Notes: generated by a model from the letters alone, not told the origin. 12,579 nucleotides of DNA from Candidatus Methylomirabilota bacterium (GCA_046726415.1 JBKPAK010000148.1:1-12579), one strand, 5' to 3'. Counted from the stretch's first letter, positions 1 through 7,298 are shown. Numbers and translations are program-made.

Positions 1-1
1 T

Positions 2-364
2 CACTACGTCCTCGGCTACCCCGCGGTCGGGATCCCGAGCCTGCGAACGGTCGACCAGGAGATCGGTCCTGTCATCGACCACTTCCTCCTGTCGCCCGCG
101 CCATGCCCCGGGAATTCCGACGGAGGGGCGATCGTCTCGACACAGGGATTCGGCGGGTTCAACGCGGCCCTCGCGCTCCGGGCCGCCACGCCCGAGGCGC
201 TGCGCCGCTATCGCGTCGATCCGACGCTGCTCGACGCCTATCTCGAGCGATGGACCGAGATCCGGCGGGACCGCATCGAACGCGAAGCCCGCTATCGTCG
301 CAGTCGCGGCTTCGTTCTCCGCCTCGCCGAGGAGCATCGCTGGCCGACCGCCGCTGACGCGTGA
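2..364 (+). CDS. 3' end of a beta-ketoacyl synthase (thiolase-fold, FabF/FabY-like) gene, 5' partial
   Basis: Frame 2 is open from the window edge to TGA 362-364: HYVLGYPAVGIPSLRTVDQEIG...GAIVSTQGFGGFNAALALRAAT...WPTAADA*. STQGFGGFNAAL matches the C-terminal (S)xxFGFGGxNxxL motif of ketosynthases and is followed by a ~60 aa charged tail. Not in the ORF track. Confidence 0.75.
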   Translation, partial: HYVLGYPAVGIPSLRTVDQEIGPVIDHFLLSPAPCPGNSDGGAIVSTQGFGGFNAALALRAATPEALRRYRVDPTLLDAYLERWTEIRRDRIEREARYRRSRGFVLRLAEEHRWPTAADA

Positions 365-513
365 GTCACCGCGGCCAGCTCCTGGTCGACCGCGGACTCG
401 CCACTCTCGCCGGCCTCGCGAATACGCGTCGCGCTCATCTACGCGGTCGTCCTTCGTTCAGCCGAGGCCGATGGCTCGATGGCGCGTGGAGGATGCCTCT
501 CGTTAGATTCTAG
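361..513 (+). CDS. small hypothetical ORF (50 aa), possibly frameshifted or cut at the element boundary
   Basis: GTG overlaps the upstream stop (GTGA 361-364). Translation is MSHRGQLLVDRGLATLAGLANTRR...MPLVRF*. An alternative frame after ~421 reads VALIYAVVLR, which would complete a hydrophobic helix. Confidence 0.3.
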   Translation: MSHRGQLLVDRGLATLAGLANTRRAHLRGRPSFSRGRWLDGAWRMPLVRF

Positions 514-1656
514 CCACTTCCGAAGCGGGATTCTCAGCAACAGTCGCCAACGTGCCCAAAAACGTGCCCGTCAACTTCCGTGTGGCTTCCTGGAGGTCGG
601 CGTCGGACACGATGGCGTACCTCTTGTAGATACTCTCCGTCCTGTGGCCGGTGATCTTCATAGCGACGGAACGCGCGATGGCTCGGCGCTCCATGTTCCT
701 GACGGCCGTTCTGCGCGTGTCGTGGCGAAGACGCCCGGGTACGCCAGCGGCCTTGCATGCTGCCGCCCATGCCCTGCGATAGTCCTTCCGCCGGTCGCCA
801 GCCTGGTAACACGGTCCAGAAACGAAGTGGGGGAAGACCCATGGGACGATCTTGCCGAGCTGGCGCTGGAGGGCTTCCACTCGGCCACGCTGGGCCGTCA
901 GGAGCGCTTCAGCTCGTCGGTAAGGTAGACGAAGGCGGCCGTCGTCGTTCTTCGATTCCCCAGGCTCCAGCCGGAGCGTCCCGGCCTGGAGGTCGATGTG
1001 GCGCCACTGACGGGTCATGATTTCGCTCTGCGTTCGCCAGCCGTAGGTGTGCGCTACGGTCGCCGCTACCTGCAGATCGTGGTCCAGCTTGCGGCGCACG
1101 GCCTGGTACTGATGATCCTCGAAGAATCCTGCCCGCGGCGGGGCCTCCTCGAGCTTTTCGATGCGCGGAAGGCGAAGCACTTTGCCGTTGTGGTAGCCGC
1201 GCCTGGCATCGCACCGAGCACGGTCAGCTCCCGGTTGATACTCCCATTCGATGCCCCTGGCTTTTTCGTCCCATCGGGACATCGCCGCGGCTGCTGGCGG
1301 GCAGCGATGTATTCCGTAATCCTCGCCGGGGTGATCGTGACGACTCGGACGCCAGTAAAGAACGCATCAAGATGATTGAGCCGCCACCCCACCTCCACGA
1401 GGTCACGCTTGCCCGTGGTGCGGTAGTACGTCCGGAGATCGTTCGCCAGCTCGTCGTACTTCACCTTGTCCACGCGCACCATGACCGGCTCGCCCTTCAC
1501 GACGGCACCTTCCCGCGCCTTCAGAAAGTCCCGGGCGGCCTTCTTGTCGTCGGTGCCGGAGCTCTCCCGCACCTTCCTTCCGTTGATGTAGTACCTCGCC
1601 CACCACACACTGCTCGGTTTTCCGCTCTTGAGTCTCGGTTGGTAGATTGATCCCAC
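503..1656 (-). CDS. tyrosine recombinase / phage-type integrase, frameshifted as sequenced
   Basis: GTG at 1656 with SD GGAGGAG (plus-strand ctcctcc 1664-1670). N-terminal arm-binding-like segment MGSIYQPRLKSGKPSSVWWARYYINGRKVRESSGT, core-binding region (SINRELTVL), then a frameshift near 1205 into the 503..1282 frame. Catalytic motifs: YGWRTQSEI (R), SKN (K), HDTRR (HxxR), TGH (H), KRY (Y). Two compensating indels near 935 and 907 hide LVYLTDELK. Confidence 0.93.
549..569. repeat. tandem 9-bp direct repeat AACGTGCCC (period 12), candidate integrase arm-type sites
   Basis: aacgtgccc at 549-557 and 561-569, inside the integrase 3' end and about 27 bp from an imperfect dyad at 501-522. Confidence 0.5.
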
Positions 1657-1681
1657 GCTAGTTCTCCTCCTTTCCTGCAGC

Positions 1682-2302
1682 TTAAGGGTTGATGGGCCAA
1701 ATGCCCCGGTGAGTGCCACTCTCGCGCGAGGCGTCTTGCCAATTCCCAAACGTGTTCCCGGCGTTGAGCCGCGCACGAGCCCCAGCGCCGTCTGCCGGGG
1801 CGTAATCACTTTCGGCGCGGAGTTCACTTCCCAATTCCTTTTTTGCCTCGACAATGAGAAGCTCTTTAGCACGTCTAACCAAGGCATACCCTGCTGCAAG
1901 CTTCCCATATAAAGTCGGCGAGTCTCCCGCCCTCTGAATCATTTCCATCATTTGCTCGAGCATCTGCCTGGAATTCTGGGAAAGGACTACAGCTGCCATG
2001 GGCAGCGTCCTATTGACGACGGCGAACGCTTCGCTCGCGCGCCGATGGTATCACCGTTGCATAGCTTTCAATTTGTCAGTTGGCTGGCCTTCCTGGGCAG
2101 CCAAGCTGATTTGATCCTCCATACTCACCGTCAGCTTGGGACCTTCTTCGGCTTCACTTAGGCTTTCCAATAGCGTCGAATAGAGTGACTGCCTCAACTC
2201 CCATTCCTGTCTTCGAGTCGTGAGTGAACTGTTGATCCACGCGCCAAGCAATGCGCCTCCGAGGGCCACTATTGCGGCCGCAACCACCCATGCCCCCTTC
2301 AC
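1682..2302 (-). pseudogene. N-terminally membrane-anchored helical hypothetical protein (206 codons) interrupted by one in-frame TGA at 2053-2051
   Basis: ORFs 2051..2302 and 1682..1999 share a frame and the gap reads MQR*YHRRASEAFAVVNRTLPMAAVV with no other stop. N-terminal hydrophobic helix WVVAAAIVALGGALLGAWI. The start directly abuts the HTH stop, and the region is visibly lower in GC. Confidence 0.65.
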
Positions 2303-2494
2303 TCATCTCAGCAGCTCCGTCGCCGGCACGCCGAGAGCCTTGGCCAGGCGCCGGAGCACAGGCAGCGACGGAGACTTCCGTTTGCCGGCCTCGATCATGG
2401 ACACGTAGGCGGTAGTCACTTTGGCCTTCTTTGCCAGCTCCGTACGGGTCATCTGCGCCTGCTCTCTCAGCTCGCGAAGTATTCGGGCCAACAT
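2303..2494 (-). CDS. XRE/Cro-CI family helix-turn-helix transcriptional regulator (63 aa, single domain)
   Basis: LRELREQAQMTRTELAKKAKVTTAYVSMIEAGKRKSPSLPVLRRLAKALGVPATELL is a typical HTH_3 pattern. Confidence 0.93.
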   Translation of the reverse strand: MLARILRELREQAQMTRTELAKKAKVTTAYVSMIEAGKRKSPSLPVLRRLAKALGVPATELLR

Positions 2495-2504
2495 CTGTAG
2501 TAAT

Positions 2505-2534
2505 AATTTAACTCATCGTTAAACTCCAGGTCAA
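2505..2534 (-). promoter_or_regulatory. sigma70-like promoter of the XRE operon overlapped by palindromic operator TTTAAC-N5-GTTAAA
   Basis: Minus strand TTGACC (2534-2529), 18 nt spacer, TAAATT (2510-2505), then 10 nt to the ATG with no SD. Perfect dyad tttaac 2507-2512 / gttaaa 2518-2523 in an AT-rich patch. Confidence 0.7.
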
Positions 2535-2621
2535 GCTTCTCCTGTCCTCGCCACATCCTGCTGGTTACTCCCGCCGCCTCGACACTCTCAGTGCCTCCAC
2601 CGAGGCGTCCCAGCATCGAAG

Positions 2622-2819
2622 GTGAAAGGCGATGGCGAAGAACCGGAGCCTGGCCTCACCCTCAAGGATTGGCCAGCGGCACCACTCGCAGCTGACAGCG
2701 TCGTCCGCATCGTCGAGCACGGCAATGCTGCTATCGCGAACGCGCGCCGGTTAAGGGATGCATCGGCGCTTGACGCACCCGGCACAATGACTCTCGGTGG
2801 CCCGCTTGACCCCCTTTGA
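2622..2819 (+). CDS. hypothetical protein (65 aa)
   Basis: ORF divergent from the XRE gene and overlapping the ligase start. No recognisable motif. Confidence 0.3.
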   Translation: MKGDGEEPEPGLTLKDWPAAPLAADSVVRIVEHGNAAIANARRLRDASALDAPGTMTLGGPLDPL

Positions 2820-3697
2820 AGTCCATCCGCTCCAGGCGACCCTCGTGAAGCCTTTCCACCGCCCAGGCTGGGTTTACGAGGAGAAGGTTGATGGCTGGCG
2901 CATCGTCGCCTACAAGGCCGGAGCAACGTGCGCCTGGTCACTCGGAAAGGCGTCGAGCACACTGCCCGCTTTCCGGACTTGGTCAAAGCCGTGGCGGCGC
3001 TGCCGGGTATGCCCCTCGTACTCGATGGCGAGGTCGCGGTATTCGACGAACGGCTGGTGTCGCGCTTCGATCTCCTTGGTGAGCTTGGCTCGGATGTAGC
3101 TACGACGCGTCCGGTCTATATCGCCTTTGACGTCCTCCATGCGCGTGGCCGCGATCTCCGGGCGCAGCCTCTGGAGCAGCGCCGGGACGTATTGGAGCGG
3201 CTCGTGGACGGCGCCGATCTCATCTTGCCCGTACGCCGCTTGTCGGGCGACGGACAGAAGGCCTGGGAGGAAGTGCTGGCACGTGGGATTGAGGGTTACG
3301 TCGGTAAGGACCCAGCTTCTACGTACCTGACCGGCGGGCCCACCCGGTCCTGGCTCAAGGCGAAGGTGCGGCACGAGGGCCGCTTCGTGGTGGGCGGTGT
3401 CGTCGAGCGCACCGAGGGATGGAGCCTGTTGCTGGGAACGATTCAGAACGGCGGCCTGAGCTATCGGGGTCCTTGTCCATTTCGGAGTAGGGAGGCGACT
3501 CGCGGACGCACTCGCAAGCAACGGGCTGGTCCGCCCGACATCGCCATTCTCGGAACGCGTACCAGTTCCGCGGCGTGACCTGGCTCGACCCGCGTCTTGT
3601 GGCCGAAGTGACTTACAGTGACGTGACACCGGCCGGAGTCTTACGTGCGCCGGTGTTTCGGGGGTTCGCCGACGAGAGCGCCATCTCGCTTTTGTAG
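2797..3697 (+). CDS. stand-alone ATP-dependent DNA ligase (LigD-ligase/LigC-like, ~300 aa), frameshifted as sequenced
   Basis: Nucleotidyltransferase motifs in order across frameshifts near 2925, 3470 and 3570: I YEEKVDGWR, III LDGEV, IIIa FDVL, IV EGYVGK, V WLKAK, then the OB domain FVVGG...WLDPRLVAEVTY...LRAPVFRG (motif VI). TAG at 3695-3697. Confidence 0.92.
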
Positions 3698-3704
3698 CAC
3701 CGCA

Positions 3705-3899
3705 TCAGTTGACGATCCGCCGCGCCGTCCACGCCCGCAGCCCGCGCACGGTGTCGAGGGCCTCATCGGTCTCTGCCGTCGGCCCGTGCTTCATACGCCG
3801 ACCGACGATGCGCCGAGTGAGGAGATCGAGCCTGATCCACGCCCGCACGGGGTCAGGGCCCCTCAGAAGGTCGGCCGACGAGACAGGCCGCGCCATCAT
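3705..3899 (-). CDS. small basic hypothetical protein (64 aa)
   Basis: ATG at 3899 overlaps the TGA of the upstream ORF (ATGA) and follows a purine-rich GAAAGGG. Translation MMARPVSSADLLRGPDPVRAWIRLDLL...TARRIVN*. The stop lies 7 nt from the convergent ligase stop. Confidence 0.6.
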   Translation of the reverse strand: MMARPVSSADLLRGPDPVRAWIRLDLLTRRIVGRRMKHGPTAETDEALDTVRGLRAWTARRIVN

Positions 3900-4114
3900 C
3901 CCTTTCGGCGGAGCACCGGGCTCGCCAACCGCCACGGCTCGTCGGTGCCCTCCGGGCGGACGAGGCCCGTGGCGTCGTCGATCTCGTTATTCCAAGACAG
4001 CGGGCAGGTGGGGTTCGTGCACGGCATCCACATGCCGCACACGCCCATGCAGTCGGCCGCCTCGTGCTCCTCGCAAACCCAGCCGTCCTCGCACTGGCCG
4101 CAGGTTATAGGCAT
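3896..4114 (-). CDS. small Cys-rich, probable metal-binding protein (72 aa)
   Basis: MPITCGQCEDGWVCEEHEAADCMGVCGMWMPCTNPTCP has seven Cys plus a His in 38 aa, including CxxC and CxxH. Its stop is coupled to the next gene. Confidence 0.65.
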   Translation of the reverse strand: MPITCGQCEDGWVCEEHEAADCMGVCGMWMPCTNPTCPLSWNNEIDDATGLVRPEGTDEPWRLASPVLRRKG

Positions 4115-4239
4115 GGTCGGTCGCTAGCTTCGCGTCCCAGCACTTGAGGTGGTAGCAGGCCACGACGAGGTTCAGCCGCGTCTCGCCGTCGGGGATCGGG
4201 AGGGGGCACCGACTCGCAGCGGGGATCGTCCTCGCTCAT
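4105..4239 (-). CDS. tiny CxxC...HxxC zinc-finger-like protein, frameshifted, 3' end uncertain
   Basis: ATG 4239 overlaps the upstream TGA. Removing one base near 4210 gives MSEDDPRCESCPLPIPDGETRLNLVVACYHLKCWDAK, a CxxC-x17-HxxC pattern. Confidence 0.55.
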   Translation of the reverse strand: MSEDDPRCESVPPPDPRRRDAAEPRRGLLPPQVLGREASDRPCL

Positions 4240-4400
4240 GAACGCGTCCGCCGACTCTCGGCGCCGAGGATGTCGGCGATCACGCCGGGGGTGTTCTTCC
4301 CCTCGCGGATTGCTCGCGCGGCGACGTACTCGGCGACGTCTTTGGGGAGGAAGAGCGTGAGCGTCAGCGTGACCCGGTGGCGCGAGACTGTCGTGGGCAT
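4236..4400 (-). CDS. ribbon-helix-helix-like small DNA-binding protein (54 aa)
   Basis: Not in the ORF track. MPTTVSRHRVTLTLTLFLPKDVAEYVAARAIREGKNTPGVIADILGAESRRTRS* shows an alternating beta-strand, LP, a helix, a G turn and a second helix. Its TGA overlaps the next ATG. Confidence 0.7.
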   Translation of the reverse strand: MPTTVSRHRVTLTLTLFLPKDVAEYVAARAIREGKNTPGVIADILGAESRRTRS

Positions 4401-4518
4401 GCATGCAACAGCGCGCCTGGCGACCGCTTCCGCGGGTGTGTGCGCGAGGTTGCGGGGAGACAGACCATCGGCCTCGCGCTGCTCCTTCCTCGACGCCGAG
4501 GGGCCTCACGTCACGACA

Positions 4519-5133
4519 TCACTTGAAGAAGTACGACACGCCCACCACCCCGCTGTTGGAATTGATCCCCACGTTGGGGCTGCTGGTGTAGGCGTTCGAG
4601 ACATGTTGGAAGCGGTACCCGGCATAGATGGCGGTTCGGTCCGCGACAAAATACGAGAGTCCGGCGCCGCCGAACAGGAGAAAGGCGAAGCTCGAACGCT
4701 GCTCCGCCACGCGGAGATCGGTGCCCCCCGCAGCCCCCGCGAGCTCCACGTAAGGAACGAAGCGCCCCAGGGAGGTGAAATGATACCGGGTCACTGCGGC
4801 CAGCCCGGCGTAGAAAGCGTCAACCGGGCTCACGTACCGCTGATAGATCGGCTCGAGCCCGACCTCCAGCGCCCCCTGGAGGATTCCCGGCCCTGTGGTC
4901 CCGAACGGCAGCACGCCGACTCGCACGCCCGCGTTCACGAATTCCAGCCCGGTGAACGTATCGTAGAAGTGGATCTCCGCGCCGTAGCCAGCCTCGCCCG
5001 AGATCACGAGGGCGCCTTGTCGGTAGACCTCCGCCGGGTCGAATGCCCATGCGTGTTGACCGACGGCGAGGAAGCCACCGAGGGCGAGTACGGCTATCGC
5101 CCAGCCACGTGCGCACGGATCACGAGGGATCAT
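4519..5133 (-). CDS. PagL-like acyloxyacyl hydrolase / lipid A 3-O-deacylase family outer-membrane beta-barrel
   Basis: Signal peptide ending AWA, amphipathic strands, catalytic motif GYRFQHVSNA...NVGIN and an aromatic C-terminus (VSYFFK). The true start may be GTG 5116 with an indel. Confidence 0.85.
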   Translation of the reverse strand: MIPRDPCARGWAIAVLALGGFLAVGQHAWAFDPAEVYRQGALVISGEAGYGAEIHFYDTFTGLEFVNAGVRVGVLPFGTTGPGILQGALEVGLEPIYQRYVSPVDAFYAGLAAVTRYHFTSLGRFVPYVELAGAAGGTDLRVAEQRSSFAFLLFGGAGLSYFVADRTAIYAGYRFQHVSNAYTSSPNVGINSNSGVVGVSYFFK

Positions 5134-5139
5134 AGATGC

Positions 5140-5867
5140 TCAAGAGGGCGTCGGACCCCGTGGCGGTGTTGCCGACGCCCGTGGTGTTGCTGAAGAGGGC
5201 GTTGACCCCCGTGGCGGTGTGGCGACGCCCGTGGTGTTGTTGCTGAGGGTGGCGACCCCCGCGGCGGTGTTGTTGAAGCCCGTGGTGTTGCTGAGCAGGG
5301 CGGCCGCCCCCGTCGCGGTGTTCTGGAGGCCCGTGGTGTTGCTCTGCAGGGGCCTGAAACCCGACGCGGTGTTGAAGCTGCCCGTGGTGTTGCCCAGAAG
5401 GGCGTTGAACCCGAGCGCCGTGTTGTTGCCCGCCAACTCCTCCACGTCGGTGAAGTAGCCGTACACGTCGACCACCAGGTTGGTGGTGGTGAGGGGCTGC
5501 GCGGAGATTTGACCGTCGGCGCCGAGCTTTACATCGGCTGCGTTGGCAATGGTCTGGCCCGCCACGTAGTTCACCAGCGAGGCGAGCGGCGCGGTGCCGT
5601 TCGTCGGGAACACCGTCAGGTGGCCACCGGCCCGACGATCGTGAAGTTCAGGTCGGCCGCGACCGCGTTGGCCGGCACCCCGCAAACCCCGGTGATCGGA
5701 ACATTGGTGATCTCCCCGCCCTGCAGAGCCGTGGGACGCGAGTCGAACACCCGACAGGGGGTGACCGCGATGTACTCCGGCCCGCTGAGGGGCTGCGCGG
5801 CGACTGAAGCGGCCAGACCGAGCGTCAGGACCAGCAGGAGCGTCACGGACAGGCGGATCGATGCCAT
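5140..5867 (-). pseudogene. secreted/surface protein with an N-terminal PCRxxDxR beta-domain and NTTG repeats, frameshifted and apparently C-terminally truncated
   Basis: ATG 5867 with SD GAGGGAGG, signal peptide, then YIAVTPCRVFDSR...GVCGVPANAVAADLNFTIV. After a frameshift near 5625 it reads GHLTVFP...NLVVDVYGYF, then repeats that stop abruptly near 5140. Confidence 0.75.
5143..5428 (-). repeat. coding tandem repeat, 51 nt / 17 aa unit NTTGxxNTAxGxxALxx, about 5.5 copies
   Basis: NTTGSFNTASGFRPLQS, NTTGLQNTATGAAALLS, NTTGFNNTAAGVATLSN, NTTGVA(N)TATGVNALFS, NTTGVGNTATGV(D)AL. The plus strand shows recurring cccgtggtgttg. Confidence 0.9.
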
Positions 5868-5900
5868 GAAACCTCCCTCGAGGTAGTGTGGGGCTCGCAT

Positions 5901-5928
5901 CTTGTCATCGGCTGCGCCCGTTGACAAG
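5901..5928. promoter_or_regulatory. inverted repeat CTTGTCA-N14-TGACAAG upstream of the repeat-protein gene
   Basis: cttgtcatcgg / ccgttgacaag are 10/11 complementary with a 6-nt centre, 33 nt upstream of ATG 5867. The arms contain -35-like TTGACA and TTGTCA. Confidence 0.45.
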
Positions 5929-6480
5929 CCGAACGGCCTTCAAGGGCGCCGCACGGTCGCCACCGCCTGCCAGCCAAGACAGGATGTGGGCATCCCATTC
6001 GGCGCAGCACCAGGTTAGGCAACCGCCACGCCTCGTCGCTCCCGAGGACGAGCGCTAGAAGCGTGACGGCCGTGCGCCTCAGAGCGACCTCCGATGGCCG
6101 GGACTGTAAGGCGGGCCGTCAGCGGGGGAAGATGAGTCCGCCGAACACCGGCCCGGGGGCCACGGCTCTCGCCGCGCGGCAACGATCAGTCGTGCTCCAT
6201 GACGGCCGTCGCGGTGAAGCCGCAGCAGTCGATCTCTTGAACCGGGGCAATCGACGTCCGTCGGATCTTGTCACCTCTCAGCACTGACGTGGTGTCAATG
6301 ATCCCGGCGGCTTGCGTTTTCGCGTCAAGCTATCGCGGATGCCGGTGCGGTTTCATTCGGGTGCCCACCTGATAACAGCGGCGTCATGCCAAGCGTTCTC
6401 TGTGCCGACCGAAGTCTCTTGACGCTTTTCTGCGTTCGGCTTACGGTCTGTCGCGATGCCAGGCAGCCAACTTCGATCCA

Positions 6481-7298
6481 ATGGTCGTGGTCGCGGCCTC
6501 ACGCGTCGTGGGCCCTGAACCCGTGACCGTGTTCGCCGGGGTCGCCGAGGACTACCAGCGCTACCGGGTGTCGTACCCCGAGGAGGTCTTTGACTGGAGC
6601 GTGCGCGAGCACAATCTCGACGGCCGGGGGCGGTTGCTTGATGCTGGCTGCGGGACCGGATACGTCTGCCTTCCGTTGAGCCGTTGGTTTGAGGACGTGT
6701 TGGCGATTGATCCGGAACCGGACATGCTGCGCGTGGCCGCGCTCGCAGCACGCAGGCAGGGCGTGGCCAATGTCCGCTTCCTGCGCCTGCGCGCGGAGGA
6801 CGTTCCCACGCCGGTGGCCCCGCTGCGCCTCGTGACGTTTGGCAACTCGTTCCATTGGACGGATCGGGTGACGGTCGCGCGAGCGCTCTTTCCCCTGATC
6901 GCCCCGGGGGTGGTCTCGTTGCCCTCGCCAGCTCCAGCGCGTGGGCGAGCGAGCAACCGTGGAAGCGCGCTCTGCTCGACACGATCACCGATTGGCTCGG
7001 CCCGGAGCGGTCCCAACGCTTCAGCACCGGCAGGCTGCCGGGCGCGCCACACCATCGAGACGTGCTCCGGGAGACGCCGTTTAGCGAGCTGCGCGTGGTT
7101 GACATCGTAAAGCGTCACACGTGGACAGCGGACACGTTGATCGGGCTGCTCTATTCCAGTTCCCTCCAAGTACGCAACGTGCTCGGCACTCGCATGGTGG
7201 AATTCGAGCGCGACCTCCGCGAACGACTCTTCCGGTTGGAGCCGGACGACCGCTTCGTGGATGACATCGAATTCACGATCACCTCGGCCAAGCGGTAG
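6481..7298 (+). CDS. class I SAM-dependent methyltransferase, one frameshift near 6905
   Basis: FAGVAEDYQRYRVSYP, LLDAGCGTG (motif I), IDPEPDML, FGNSFHWTDR. After a shift in the G6 run (ccggggggtgg) it continues PGGGLVAL...IEFTITSAKR*. The start may be GTG 6523. Confidence 0.9.

Larger units (their letters stand above)
501..4481. mobile_element. candidate integrative element (integrase, membrane protein, XRE, ligase, small-gene cluster), right boundary uncertain
   Basis: Integrase at the edge next to a housekeeping-type gene, regulator and tiny-ORF content, and a low-GC patch at ~1680-2530. No matching attL/attR direct repeat was found by eye. Confidence 0.55.

Noticed and set aside
103-357. 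84-aa ORF in the track
   Set aside because: Arg-rich shadow frame. Frame 2 carries the ketosynthase motif.
1657-1908. N-terminal extension of the 1066..1908 integrase ORF
   Set aside because: It overlaps the upstream gene, and a strong SD plus a typical MGSIY start place the start at GTG 1656.
4270-5193. Long opposite-strand ORFs (4270..5193, and likewise 2910..3629, 6561..7532, 8986..10167)
   Set aside because: Antisense shadows of motif-supported genes, common in high-GC DNA.
5143-5428. Possible CRISPR array
   Set aside because: The period is 51 nt with codon-position variation inside a reading frame, there are no unique spacers, and no cas genes are present.
6290-6345. Minus-strand ACGCAAGCCGCCGG resembling part of a c-di-GMP-I riboswitch
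   Set aside because: The upstream GGCAAA and GNRA-capped P2 stem and the matching P1 are not present.
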